Source: Candidatus Eiseniibacteriota bacterium (lineage in GTDB: Bacteria > Eisenbacteria > RBG-16-71-46 > CAVPCR01). From it: a DNA stretch of 64,000 bases. The stretch covers positions 64,001-128,000 of the forward strand of contig CAWGMA010000002.1 in assembly GCA_963823555.1 (NCBI GenBank), in the 5' to 3' direction. Each line of letters starts with the position of its first letter. The first letter of the stretch is position 1. Position numbers and translations under genes: made by a program. This document shows positions 11,099 to 21,275 of this stretch, piece after piece. The notes beneath the pieces were generated by a model. That model did not search any database and had not been told where the DNA came from. It worked only from the letters and a program-made list of their open reading frames with translations.

Positions 11099-11205
11099 GC
11101 CCCTGGCGAGGTCCGCTCCAGCGCCTGAAGGTCGCCTCGCGCTCGGCGACCGCTTCCCCGTTGATGCTTCGGAGCTCTGACTTCCATCGAGGAGGACGGT
11201 CGCCG

Positions 11206-14052
11206 CTACCGCGCGGCGACGAGCGTCCCCTCTTCATTGAGAATGACGACCTCACCGAGTCCGAGCGCGCGCAGACCGGGCTCGATCTTGGCGCGATCGC
11301 CGAGCAGGAGGTAGGTCGCCTGGGCCGGCACGGCGTACTTGCGGGCCGCCGCGTTCACCGCCTCGAGCGATGTCTCCGCGACCGCCGCCGGTTCGTGCTG
11401 GATCTCGCTCATGGGTAGCCCCGCCGCCCACAGGCCGGCAATCTGTCCCGCGACCCGCCCGTAGGTCTCGAACTGCTGGGCATAGCCGCGGATCCAGACC
11501 ACGCGTGACTTCTCCAGCTCCTCCGCCGTGATCGGCCGCCGGCCGGCGAGTCCCTCGAGCTCCTTGGCGAACTCGATCATCGATTCCTTGGTCTTGTCGG
11601 ACTGGACACCGCCTCCGGAGCGCCAGATACCGGACTCGCTGAACAGGACGGCCACCGAGAAGGCGCCGTAGGTGTAGCCCTTGTCCTCACGCAGGTTCAG
11701 GTTCAGGCGGGTGCCGAAGCCGCCGCCGCCCCAGACCGCGTCGGCGAGGCGGAGCGCATAGTAGTCCTCGGTCTTGCGCTTGGGCGCGGGCAGGAACTGC
11801 GAGATCACGGTCTGGGGCGCCCCCGGGCGATCGACGAGATAGATCTTGCCCGGTCCCGCCGGGTTCGGTGCCGGGATCGGGATCTCGGGCGCGCTGCCCC
11901 CGCTCCAGCCGCCGAGCTCCTTCGCGGCCAGCTCCTTGGCTTCATCGAGGTTCACGTCGCCGACGAGGATGAGCACCGAGCTGCCCGGCTTCCAGTACGT
12001 GTCATGGAACGCCGCGAGATCCTCCCGCGAGATGGCCTCCACCGTCGGCGGCAAGCCCTGCATCGGCCGGCCATAGGGGTGCTCGGCGCCGAAAGCGAGG
12101 ATCCCCCTCAAGCGCGAGGAGAGCCGGTAGGGATCCTTCTCTTCCTGCGCCAGGGCATCGAGGAGCAGGTTCTTCTCGCGAGCGACCTCCTCCTCCGGGA
12201 ACGTGGGGTTCTTGACGACGTCGGCCATGATGGCGAGTGCCGGACCCAGGTTCCGCTTGAGCACGTCGAGATCGAGAGTGGCCAGCTCGCGCTGGGCCGA
12301 ACCCGAGATCGCCGTTCCGAGCGTGCCCAGGTCCTCCTCGATGGCGAGCGATTTCCGCGTCTTGGTCCCGTACTGCATCGTCCCCGCGACGAGGTGAGCG
12401 ACGCCTTCCTTGCCGGCCGGGTCGGCCACGGCGCCGGCGCGTGTGGCCAGCGTCACCGCCACCTTGGGGAGCTCGGAACGCTCGACCACATAGAGCTCGA
12501 GGCCGTTGTCGAGGGTTGCCGACTTCACCTCCGGGGCATTGAACGGCCGGTCGGTCCCCAGGGGCGGTGCCGCCTTGCGATCGAGGGTTCCCGCCACCTC
12601 CGGGGAAGCCGTCTCGGGCCGGAAATGAAGGAGCAGGCGGTTGCGGTTGTCGAGCCAGCGGGACACTGCATCGCGCACGCCGGTGGTCGTGACGGCGCGA
12701 TAGCGGGCGATCTCTTCATCGAACATGCCGGGATCGCCCGAGTACGTGTTGTACATATTGAGAAGATCAGCCTTCCCGCCGAAGCCTCCGATCGACTCGA
12801 GGCCGTTCACGAAGGCGTACTCGCGCTTGGCCATGGCGCGATCGACTTCCTCCTGCGTGGGCGGCGACTTGGCCAGACGCGCGATCTCGGCCGTGATGAT
12901 GTCCTCGATCTCGGAGAGCGACTGCTCGGGGCGCGCTGTGGCGCTGACGACGAACATGCCCGAGATCTCGAGCGTTACATTGAAGACCGTGACATCGCTG
13001 CACAGCTGCTTGTCGTAGACCAGGACCTTGTTGAGGCGCGAGGAGAGTCCATCCCCCATGATGGCGCTGGCGATGTCGAGCGCGAACTGGTCCTGGCCAA
13101 AGTACTGGGGCGCAGGCCACACCATGTAGGTCCGCTCCTGCGGCACCCGGTCCTTCACTTCGACGACGCGCTCGCCATCGAGGCGTGGAATCCACAGCTG
13201 CGGGCGGTCGAGCGCGGGGCCCGGAGGGATCGGACCGAAGTACTTCTCGACCAGCCGCTTGGCCTCCACTGGATCGAAATCGCCGGCGATGACGAGCGAC
13301 AGGTTGTTGGGCGTGTAGTGGGTGCGGAAGAACTCCTTCACGTCATCGAGGGTGGCCGCCTCCAGATCCTCGTGGCTTCCGATGGGAGCGTGGTCGTAGG
13401 GATGGCCGGACGGATGCAGGCTCTCGAGCATCAGGGTCCAGAAGCGACCGTAGGGCTGATTCTCGAGCCCTTCGCGTCGCTCGTTGCGCACCACTTCCCG
13501 CTGGTTGTCGAGCTTGGCCTGGGTCGTGGCGTCCGCCAGTGTGGCGAGGCGGTCCGATTCCAGCCACAACAGCCTCTCCAGATTGCCGGAGGGGACCGTG
13601 GCGAAGTAGTTGGTGCGGTCGTTGCTCGTCGTACCGTTGACTCCGCCCTCGCGCAGGTTCGCCCCCAGCTCCTCGGCGACTGCGAAGTACTCGCCCGGGA
13701 CGTTCGCCGATCCCTGGAACATCAGATGCTCGAAGAGATGAGCGAAGCCGGTGCGTCCCCGCCGTTCGTTCTTCGACCCGACGTGATACCACTGGTTGAC
13801 ATGGACCATCGGCAGCTTCTTGTCCTGGTGCAGGATCAGCTGGAGGCCGTTGGGGAGCGTGATCTTCTCGAATTCGATGTGCGGGTCGCCTGGTTTGCTG
13901 GCTGCCATGGTCCTCTCGGTTTGCGGGGTCGCGCTTTCCGCCTCGGGCGCCGCTTCCTTCTTGCTGGCTTCGCCGCAGCCGGCGGCGATCAAGAGGGCTA
14001 GGCAAGCGGGCAGGGCGGCGTGGCGGCGGTTCGAGCGCAGTCTCGGGTTCAT
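11206..14052 (-). CDS. M16 (pitrilysin/PqqL-like) zinc peptidase, lipoprotein
   Basis: GFAHLFEH (HxxEH) motif, duplicated M16 halves, lipobox IAAGC, AAGGA RBS. Confidence 0.92.
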   Translation of the reverse strand: MNPRLRSNRRHAALPACLALLIAAGCGEASKKEAAPEAESATPQTERTMAASKPGDPHIEFEKITLPNGLQLILHQDKKLPMVHVNQWYHVGSKNERRGRTGFAHLFEHLMFQGSANVPGEYFAVAEELGANLREGGVNGTTSNDRTNYFATVPSGNLERLLWLESDRLATLADATTQAKLDNQREVVRNERREGLENQPYGRFWTLMLESLHPSGHPYDHAPIGSHEDLEAATLDDVKEFFRTHYTPNNLSLVIAGDFDPVEAKRLVEKYFGPIPPGPALDRPQLWIPRLDGERVVEVKDRVPQERTYMVWPAPQYFGQDQFALDIASAIMGDGLSSRLNKVLVYDKQLCSDVTVFNVTLEISGMFVVSATARPEQSLSEIEDIITAEIARLAKSPPTQEEVDRAMAKREYAFVNGLESIGGFGGKADLLNMYNTYSGDPGMFDEEIARYRAVTTTGVRDAVSRWLDNRNRLLLHFRPETASPEVAGTLDRKAAPPLGTDRPFNAPEVKSATLDNGLELYVVERSELPKVAVTLATRAGAVADPAGKEGVAHLVAGTMQYGTKTRKSLAIEEDLGTLGTAISGSAQRELATLDLDVLKRNLGPALAIMADVVKNPTFPEEEVAREKNLLLDALAQEEKDPYRLSSRLRGILAFGAEHPYGRPMQGLPPTVEAISREDLAAFHDTYWKPGSSVLILVGDVNLDEAKELAAKELGGWSGGSAPEIPIPAPNPAGPGKIYLVDRPGAPQTVISQFLPAPKRKTEDYYALRLADAVWGGGGFGTRLNLNLREDKGYTYGAFSVAVLFSESGIWRSGGGVQSDKTKESMIEFAKELEGLAGRRPITAEELEKSRVVWIRGYAQQFETYGRVAGQIAGLWAAGLPMSEIQHEPAAVAETSLEAVNAAARKYAVPAQATYLLLGDRAKIEPGLRALGLGEVVILNEEGTLVAAR

Positions 14053-14159
14053 GATCTTCCTTGAGTTCCCAGCGCCAGGGGCAGTGGGTGGGAGTTGGAG
14101 CGCGAGCAGCGATTTCAGAGAGCCTGCGCGCCGGCAACGGATGGGGGGACGCGGGCTGG

Positions 14160-14188
14160 ATCGTGCCGCCTCGCTCGCGGTCTGTCAA
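14160..14188 (-). promoter_or_regulatory. Putative sigma70 promoter for M16 peptidase
   Basis: Minus strand TTGACA-17nt-CACGAT. Confidence 0.5.
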
Positions 14189-14384
14189 CGCTCCGGGCTC
14201 GGGGCTGCCGCCACCCGGTCCGGGCGGGGTGGGCACCCCGGGGTATCCGGGTGCAAGGACGCAGCACGGGAGGGTGAGGTTTCCCGGTGCCCAGAACGGC
14301 GACACTTGGCGCGGGTGAGGAGCCCCAGGCGGGCTGTGTGATGTTCGCCCGCGTCTCGATCGCGGGCGCGCCGTGGTGCCTTTC

Positions 14385-14414
14385 TTGACCCGCAACTCCG
14401 CTTCTTGCTATGCT
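14385..14414 (+). promoter_or_regulatory. Putative sigma70 promoter for uxs
   Basis: TTGACC-18nt-TATGCT with extended -10 TG. Confidence 0.5.
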
Positions 14415-14586
14415 GTTACGTGATACGCGCGAGTTGCCGCGGTTTCCTTGCTGCGGTCGCTCCCCGATCCGGGAGCGTGAGATCTCCTCGGCAGTCCTGT
14501 GCCCCGGCCGGATCCAACGGGCGGCACCCGCAGCCGCCCCGGCTGCCCGCGAGGGCGAGTTCGAGTCGACGTTTCCATTGAGCATT

Positions 14587-14612
14587 CTCGATCCCCGGAT
14601 CCGGGGATCGAG
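14587..14612. repeat. Perfect 26-bp palindrome
   Basis: CTCGATCCCCGGATCCGGGGATCGAG equals its own reverse complement. Confidence 0.9.
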
Positions 14613-14654
14613 CCCAGCCCGGGTCTCGGCCCGGGTCCTTTCGGAGGCTCTGTC

Positions 14655-15752
14655 ATGCGGATCTTGGTGACTGGCGGTGCCGGGTTCATCGGTTCCCATC
14701 TCTGCGAGCGGCTGGTCGGCGCCGGCTACGAGGTCATCTGTCTCGACAACTACTTCACCGGCAGCAAGCACAACGTCCAGAAGCTGCTCGACAATCCCCA
14801 CTTCGAGCTGATCCGTCATGATGTGATCAACTACCTCGATATCGAGTGCGACCAGATCTACAACCTGGCGTGCCCGGCCTCTCCGATCCATTACCAGCAC
14901 GACCCGGTTCGCACCATTCACGCCAACGTCCTCGGCGTGACCAACATGCTCGAGCTCGCCAAGCGCACGCGGGCCCGCATCCTCCAGGCTTCGACATCGG
15001 AAATCTACGGCGATCCCCACGTACACCCGCAGCCGGAGACCTACTGGGGCCATGTCAATCCGATCGGCCCGCGCTCCTGCTATGACGAAGGCAAGCGTGT
15101 GGCCGAGACGCTGATGATGGACTACCACCGGCAGCACGGGGTCGACATCCGCATCGCCCGCATCTTCAACACCTATGGTCCGCGGATGGCGATTCACGAC
15201 GGCCGGGTGGTGAGTTCGTTCATCGTCCAGGCCCTGCAGGGCAAGCCGATCACGGTCTTCGGGGAGGGGAATCAGACCCGCTCCTTCTGCTACGTCTCCG
15301 ACATGATCGACGGGCTCATCGCCCTCATGAACACCGAGGGTGTGCAGCAGCCGGTGAACCTCGGCAATCCCGAGGAGTTCACCATCCTCGATCTGGCCCG
15401 GGCCGTGCTCGATCTGACCGGATCGACATCCACCATCGAACGGCACCCGCTGCCGCAGGACGATCCGGTGCAGCGCCAGCCGGACATCTCCCTTGCACGG
15501 CAGGCCCTCGGCTGGTGGCCTCGGGTGCCGCTCAAGGAGGGGCTCCTGCCGACGGTCAGCTTCTTCGAGCAGCTCGTCCACAAGATCCGGACGACGGGCA
15601 CCGGGAAGAGCGCCCTGCACGCGCGAATGAGCCGGACAGCCCCCGAGCGGCTCAAGGCGCTCGATGTGGAGAGCAAGGCCCCCGGCGGCGATGGCGGGCA
15701 GCCGGAGGAGCGAAAGGTCGGCGCCGAACGCCGCACCACCACCCGCCAGTGA
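14655..15752 (+). CDS. uxs: UDP-glucuronate decarboxylase (UDP-xylose synthase)
   Basis: [43 protein letters not shown]. Confidence 0.92.
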   Translation: MRILVTGGAGFIGSHLCERLVGAGYEVICLDNYFTGSKHNVQKLLDNPHFELIRHDVINYLDIECDQIYNLACPASPIHYQHDPVRTIHANVLGVTNMLELAKRTRARILQASTSEIYGDPHVHPQPETYWGHVNPIGPRSCYDEGKRVAETLMMDYHRQHGVDIRIARIFNTYGPRMAIHDGRVVSSFIVQALQGKPITVFGEGNQTRSFCYVSDMIDGLIALMNTEGVQQPVNLGNPEEFTILDLARAVLDLTGSTSTIERHPLPQDDPVQRQPDISLARQALGWWPRVPLKEGLLPTVSFFEQLVHKIRTTGTGKSALHARMSRTAPERLKALDVESKAPGGDGGQPEERKVGAERRTTTRQ

Positions 15753-15830
15753 TACCATTCAGTTCCGCTACGGCCTGGGTACCGCCCATGGATGTCGGCC
15801 CAGGCGGCGGACGCGTTTCAAGGAGGAAAC

Positions 15831-16670
15831 ATGCTGGGTGTGGGAATCGTGGGGGCAGGACGCGCCGGCCGGGCGCGGATGCGGGCCATCGAGGGACGCG
15901 ACGATGTCAAGCTGATCGGAGTCGCTTCGTCCCAGGCTGATGTCGGCACCCACCAGTTTGCGGAGCTCACGGCGAGTCCCGATGTCGATGCCATCTTCGT
16001 CTGCTCGGTCAATGCCGCCCATGCCGAGCAGGTGGGCGCGGCGCTCGCAGCCGGCAAGCATGTGCTCTGTGAGTACCCCCTCGCTCTCTCCCACGACGAT
16101 GCGGTCCGCCTCTTCGACCTGGCGCAAGACCGTGGGCGCGTCCTTCATGTCGAACACATCGAGCTCCTGAGCGGCTCGCAGACAGCGCTCCGGCAGGCGG
16201 CGCGGGGGCTCGGCCGGCCCGTCGACGGCCGCTATCACACCGAGGCCAATTCGGAGGGCTGGATCGCCGACATGCGCCTCGCCGGGTTCCCTTCGTTCTC
16301 CGGCATCTCGCGGCTGAGCCGGCTGGTAGATCTCTTCGGCCCGGCCGGAGTGGAGGACGCCCACCTCGATGAGTTGGAGGACGAGCAGCGGCTCGTGGTC
16401 GACCTGAGCTTCGTGCATGGCGGGCGCTGCCGGCTCGACTACCGGCGCGGGCGGGGGCTGCCGCGACGCGAGGACTGGGATATCCGCTGCGAGCGTGGCG
16501 CGCTCCGCACCTTGCCGCCGGTTCCGACCAAGCCGCTCTTTGCCACCGATCTCGACTTCTTCGTCGGACGCGTGACCGCCGGCGAGGAGAGCTACATCTC
16601 GGATGAGCAGATTCTCGACGTGATGAGCCTCGCCGAGGAGATCGAGATCCGATGTCGCGGCGTGCGCTGA
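15831..16670 (+). CDS. Gfo/Idh/MocA oxidoreductase, biliverdin reductase A-like
   Basis: AAGGAGG RBS; GAGRAG, GKHVLCEYP, LHVEHIELL, GFPSFSGISRL. Confidence 0.8.
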   Translation: MLGVGIVGAGRAGRARMRAIEGRDDVKLIGVASSQADVGTHQFAELTASPDVDAIFVCSVNAAHAEQVGAALAAGKHVLCEYPLALSHDDAVRLFDLAQDRGRVLHVEHIELLSGSQTALRQAARGLGRPVDGRYHTEANSEGWIADMRLAGFPSFSGISRLSRLVDLFGPAGVEDAHLDELEDEQRLVVDLSFVHGGRCRLDYRRGRGLPRREDWDIRCERGALRTLPPVPTKPLFATDLDFFVGRVTAGEESYISDEQILDVMSLAEEIEIRCRGVR

Positions 16671-16933
16671 GATCCGGAACACCCGTGGCCGGGGGGCGGT
16701 AGACCCGCGGGCCGGGCGGGCGGCACTCGCTTCTGGCGGGACATCCTCTCCGCCATCGCGATCGACATGGGGCGGGTGGCGCCGACAAGAGACCTGACCC
16801 CGCTCCCGCCTGCTCGCGCTTCAGGAAGAGCGACTCGATTCCCTCCTGGCCGCGTTCTGCCGGAGCTCCGCGCTTCTACCGTCGCCGCTGGGGCGTCGCC
16901 CCGGAAGCGGTACCCACGCGGGGGGAGAGCGAA

Positions 16934-17461
16934 ATGAACGTGAAGGAGAAGATCGCACGCCAGTACCACGCGGCGTTCGAGATGCTCGAGCGTGCCGTGA
17001 TCGCGTGCCCCGAAACGGCCTGGGATAGCCCGGCGCACGCGAATCGGTTCTGGCGGGTGGCGTATCACGCGCTCTTCTACACCCATCTCTATCTCCAGGA
17101 ATCCGAGGAGCACTTCACGCCCTGGAGCGGCCATCGCGGTGAGGCGCACTTTCTCGGCCGCCGCCCCTGGCCACCGCACGACCCGCCGGAGCTGGGCGCG
17201 CCCTACACCAGAGCCGAGGTTCTCGACTATCTCGGCTGCGTGAGGCGGCAGGTCGCCACGTGGCTCGAACCGCTCGATCTGGAGGGTTCATCGGGATTCC
17301 AGTGGTTGCCGCTCACCAAGTTCGAGCTCCAGCTGTACAACATCCGACACGTGCAGCATCATGCCGGCCAGCTCACCGACCGCCTGCGCAACGCGGCCGG
17401 TATCGGCATCGAATGGGTGGGCGCTCACCCCGGTCCGGCGCCGGAGGATTCGATATGCTGA
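16934..17461 (+). CDS. DinB/DUF664-like protein
   Basis: FWRVAYHALFY and YNIRHVQHHAGQL His motifs of the DinB superfamily. Confidence 0.8.
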   Translation: MNVKEKIARQYHAAFEMLERAVIACPETAWDSPAHANRFWRVAYHALFYTHLYLQESEEHFTPWSGHRGEAHFLGRRPWPPHDPPELGAPYTRAEVLDYLGCVRRQVATWLEPLDLEGSSGFQWLPLTKFELQLYNIRHVQHHAGQLTDRLRNAAGIGIEWVGAHPGPAPEDSIC

Positions 17462-18258
17462 GCGGTGAAGGCGAGTCCCGCGCGCCGATCACGGTCGAGC
17501 GGCTCGACGCCGGCCGGCGCGCCGACTTCTTCGCCCTGCACGGTCATCCGCCCTTCGACTGGTGCTTCTGTGTCGCCTGGAACGTCGAGTCATGGGAAGG
17601 TTGGGGCGAACGCAGCGCCGCAGAGAACCGCGCTCTTCGCGAGGAGATGCTGGCTCGAGGCCGTTGCGATGGCTACCTGCTCTATGTCGGAGACGAGGTC
17701 GCTGGCTGGTGCCAGTGCGGTCCGCGCGACGACTGGCCGAAGCTCAGGCTCGAGTTCGACCTGCCGCCGCGTCCCGACACCTGGGCCGTGACCTGCTTCT
17801 GCGTCCGGCCCGAGTATCGCCGGCGAGGATTGGCGCACGCGCTCCTGGCTGGGGTGCTCGCTGACCTGCGACGCCGGGAAGTCGCGCGAGTGGAGGCCTT
17901 CCCCCGCCCCGGCCGGCACCAGGACGACGAGGTGTGGACGGGACCAGAGAATCTCTTTCTTCGCGCCGGGTTCCGACCCGTGATGGCGGGCCGGCGGCGC
18001 TCGGTGATGTCACTCGAGCTTTCGTCGCGAGCGGCCAACCCGATCGAGGTGACCATGAGTCCTGAATCGACCGTGCTGCGGCGGTCCCGCGACAAGATGA
18101 TCGCCGGGGTTTGTGCCGGGATCGCCGAGAGGCTCGGCTGGCCTGCGAATCGCGTGCGCATTGCGTATGGGGTGCTGTCCATTCTGAGCGCGGCCTTCCC
18201 CGGCATCCTGGTCTACGTGGTGCTGTGGATCGCCATGCCGGGGCCGGAGGAGCCGTGA
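17455..18258 (+). CDS. GNAT acetyltransferase with in-frame C-terminal PspC domain (PspC from 18055)
   Basis: WCFCVAW, VAGWCQCGPR, TCFCVRPEYRRRGLA; then LRRSRDKMIAGVCAGIA PspC motif after internal GAGGTG-ATG. Confidence 0.75.
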   Translation: MLSGEGESRAPITVERLDAGRRADFFALHGHPPFDWCFCVAWNVESWEGWGERSAAENRALREEMLARGRCDGYLLYVGDEVAGWCQCGPRDDWPKLRLEFDLPPRPDTWAVTCFCVRPEYRRRGLAHALLAGVLADLRRREVARVEAFPRPGRHQDDEVWTGPENLFLRAGFRPVMAGRRRSVMSLELSSRAANPIEVTMSPESTVLRRSRDKMIAGVCAGIAERLGWPANRVRIAYGVLSILSAAFPGILVYVVLWIAMPGPEEP

Positions 18259-19322
18259 ACGAACCGGACATGGAGAGCTTGCTCAGGGACTGGGATGGCG
18301 AAGCGTTGATCACCCGCTTCGATCGTCCCGCCGCGAGCTGGATCTTCATCGCCATTCACTCCACTCGGCTCGGCCCGGCGGCGGGCGGCACGCGCCTCAA
18401 GGTCTATCCGTATCCCCGGCTCGCCCTGGCCGATGCCTTGAAGCTCGCCGCGAGCATGACCTACAAGTACGCGGTCGCCGGGTTTCCCCGCGGCGGGGGC
18501 AAGGCGGTGATCGCGGTTCCTCCCGGCCTCGAGCCCGCGTCACGATCGGATCTCCTGCGCCGCTACGGCTCCTTGATCAAGGAGCTCGGCGGTCTCTACT
18601 TCACCGGGCCGGATGTCGGCACGGTGCCCGCGGACATGGACGTGATCGCCGAGACCGGAGATCCCTACGTGCACTGCCGGACCGAGGCCAGGGGCGGGGC
18701 GGGAGGATCGGGTCCGGCTACAGCGCTCGGGGTCTTCACGGCGATCGAGACCGCGTGCTGCTTTCTGTTCGGTACGGAAGCGCTCAGCGATCGCACCGTG
18801 CTGGTCCAGGGCGCGGGCAGCGTCGGCGCGCCGCTCATCGAGCGCCTGCTCGCTGCCGGCGCCACGGTCGCCTTCAGCGATCTGGATGCGGACACGGTCC
18901 ACCGCTTTCGCGATCAGCATGGACTCGAGTTCGTGCCGCCGGATCAGGTCGCCGACTTCGCTTGCGATGTGTTCGCGCCATGTGCCATGGGCGGCATCCT
19001 CGACGCCGAGACGATCGCGCGCCTGCGCTGTCGCGCGATCGTCGGCGGGGCCAACAACCAGCTCGCCACACCGGCCGATGCCGGGAGGCTGCGCGATCGT
19101 GGAATCCTCTACGCACCGGATTTCGTCGTGAACGTCGGTGGCGCGATGGCTATCACCGGGATCGAGGCCATGGGCTGGTCGCCGGCTCGCGCCGAGGATG
19201 AAGTGCGGCGGGTCGGACCCACCTTGTCCCGGGTGTTCGAGGCGGCGCGAGCGCAGGGCATCACGACCGAGGCGGCGGCGCTCGACCTTGCCGCCGCACG
19301 GCTCGCCGCCACGGGTTCCTGA
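18255..19322 (+). CDS. Glu/Leu/Phe/Val dehydrogenase (leucine dehydrogenase-like)
   Basis: IHSTRLGPAAGGTR, MTYK, GGGKAVI, QGAGSVG, GGANNQL; GTGA overlap with upstream stop. Confidence 0.9.
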   Translation: MNEPDMESLLRDWDGEALITRFDRPAASWIFIAIHSTRLGPAAGGTRLKVYPYPRLALADALKLAASMTYKYAVAGFPRGGGKAVIAVPPGLEPASRSDLLRRYGSLIKELGGLYFTGPDVGTVPADMDVIAETGDPYVHCRTEARGGAGGSGPATALGVFTAIETACCFLFGTEALSDRTVLVQGAGSVGAPLIERLLAAGATVAFSDLDADTVHRFRDQHGLEFVPPDQVADFACDVFAPCAMGGILDAETIARLRCRAIVGGANNQLATPADAGRLRDRGILYAPDFVVNVGGAMAITGIEAMGWSPARAEDEVRRVGPTLSRVFEAARAQGITTEAAALDLAAARLAATGS

Positions 19323-19542
19323 TGGGGTGCGCGCCATGTGATCCTGCGGGTAGCTTCGGAGGAGGCCGGCCCGCCGTCTCATGAGCGCGGATCCAGCGGT
19401 GCAGCATGGCGTGATGACCGCGGTGCTCCATCCCTTTCGCGTCGCGCTCCGCGCCGATCGCTGGGATGATGATCCTGCCTGATGGGAAGAAGATCGTCGC
19501 GAGACAGGTGCCGCTCGCCGGCCACGAGGAGGGAATGCGGGA

Positions 19543-20328
19543 GTGAAGATCTACACCGTCGATGCGTTCACGGCGGAACCTTTCCGCGGCAATCCGGCCG
19601 GGGTGTGCATGCTCTCCGCGGCGAAGGATGAACGCTGGATGCAACAGGTGGCGCGCGAGATGAACCTCTCCGAGACAGCGTTCCTCCGGCGCCGCGCCGA
19701 CGGGTTCGACCTCCGCTGGTTCACGCCGGTGGCCGAGGTCGAGCTTTGCGGCCATGCCACCCTGGCCAGCGCGCACATTCTCTGGGAGAGCGGTCACCTG
19801 GCCGGCGAAGCCGAGGCGCGCTTTCACACCCTCAGCGGTCTCCTCCGCGCCAACCGCAGGGGAGACGCGATCGAGCTCGATTTTCCCGCCACGCCGGCCG
19901 AGCCGGCGGAGATCCCGAACGCCGTGCTCGCCGCCCTCGGCGCCGAACCGACCTTCGTCGGGCGGAGCCGCTTCGACTACCTCGTCGAGGTCGGATCGGA
20001 GGACGAGGTGCGCCGGCTCGCGCCCGATTTCACCCGCCTCAAGGCCTGTGCCGTTCGTGGCATCATGGTCACGAGCCGGGCCGAGACCGCAGGCTACGAT
20101 TTCGTGTCGCGCTTCTTCGCTCCGGCTTTCGGGGTCGACGAGGATCCGGTCACCGGATCCGCTCACTGTTGCCTCGCGCCGCACTGGAGCCGGCGGCTGT
20201 CCAGGGCGGAAATGACGGCCTACCAGGCCTCCGCGCGTGGTGGAGAGATCCGCGTTCGCGTGGCCGGTGACCGGGTTCATCTCGCCGGCAACGCGATCAC
20301 CGTGATCCGCGGGGAGTTGTTCCACTAG
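19543..20328 (+). CDS. PhzF family isomerase/epimerase
   Basis: VDAFT..PFRGNPA, EMNLSETAF, EVELCGHATL, EDPVTGSAH. Confidence 0.92.
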   Translation: MKIYTVDAFTAEPFRGNPAGVCMLSAAKDERWMQQVAREMNLSETAFLRRRADGFDLRWFTPVAEVELCGHATLASAHILWESGHLAGEAEARFHTLSGLLRANRRGDAIELDFPATPAEPAEIPNAVLAALGAEPTFVGRSRFDYLVEVGSEDEVRRLAPDFTRLKACAVRGIMVTSRAETAGYDFVSRFFAPAFGVDEDPVTGSAHCCLAPHWSRRLSRAEMTAYQASARGGEIRVRVAGDRVHLAGNAITVIRGELFH

Positions 20329-20820
20329 ATGAACGATCGCGAGATGAACGATCATGCCTTTCAGGATCTGATTCCCAATAATCTGTGTTTCGGTTGTGGG
20401 CCGCAGAACCCGGCCGGCTTGAAGATCAAGAGCTACTGGGAAGGCGAAGCATCGGTCTGCACGTACGAGCCGCAGCCGCATCAAGCCGCGGGTCCGGACC
20501 AGGTCCTGAACGGCGGGGTGATCGCCACCCTCATCGACTGCCATTGCATCTGCACCGCCATCGCCCGGGCCTACCGCAGCGAGGGTCGCGCCATCGGTTC
20601 GGTCCCCGGCCTCTGGTATGCGACCGGCAAGCTCGAGGTCCGCTATCTGCGCCCGACGCCGATGTCCCGGCCGGTCGTGTTGCGCGCCCGGGTCGTCGCC
20701 GAGTCGCCCCGGAAGACGGTTCTTGCCTGCACGCTTTCGTCGGGCGGTGCGATCTGTGCCGAGGCCGAGGTGGTGGCCGTGAGGGTCGATGCGGAGTGGA
20801 TGGCGGGGGTGTCGCCATGA
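20329..20820 (+). CDS. PaaI/hotdog-fold thioesterase
   Basis: CFGCG..NP.GL and LNGGVIATLIDC motifs. Confidence 0.85.
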   Translation: MNDREMNDHAFQDLIPNNLCFGCGPQNPAGLKIKSYWEGEASVCTYEPQPHQAAGPDQVLNGGVIATLIDCHCICTAIARAYRSEGRAIGSVPGLWYATGKLEVRYLRPTPMSRPVVLRARVVAESPRKTVLACTLSSGGAICAEAEVVAVRVDAEWMAGVSP

Positions 20821-20852
20821 CGGCCCAGGCGTGAACGCCAGGAAGGTGAGCG

Positions 20853-21275
20853 ATGGACGATCCACCGGTCGGAGCCGATGAATTCGCGCGGCGACTCAAG
20901 ACCCTGTGCTCGAGCGGGCTCGGTCCGGGCCTCCCTCGCAGGCGACGCGATGCGCACATCCTCCTCTACAGCATCGCTCTCGTGTTCGTGCCCCAGCGGA
21001 GCTACGATGAGCCAGCGGTGGGATGCCTGATCGAGGAGTGGCTCGACGCCGCCGGTCCATTCGTCGGCTTCGACCGTGTGACTCTCCGCCGGAGTCTCGT
21101 CGACGAGGGATACCTGGTGCGTGACACCGCGGGCAAGGCCTACACGGTGCGGCGCACCGGCCGCGGTCAGATGAGCTTCGAGCCGGCGGTGAACCAGCTT
21201 GATCCGAAATCGATTCTCCGTGCGGCTCGCAGCCGCTCGAGGATCTCTCGCGAGGAGGAATCGGGGCATGACTGA
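20853..21275 (+). CDS. DUF2087-domain protein
   Basis: YDEPAV...DRVTLRRSLVDEGYLVRD winged-helix-like motif. Confidence 0.65.
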   Translation: MDDPPVGADEFARRLKTLCSSGLGPGLPRRRRDAHILLYSIALVFVPQRSYDEPAVGCLIEEWLDAAGPFVGFDRVTLRRSLVDEGYLVRDTAGKAYTVRRTGRGQMSFEPAVNQLDPKSILRAARSRSRISREEESGHD

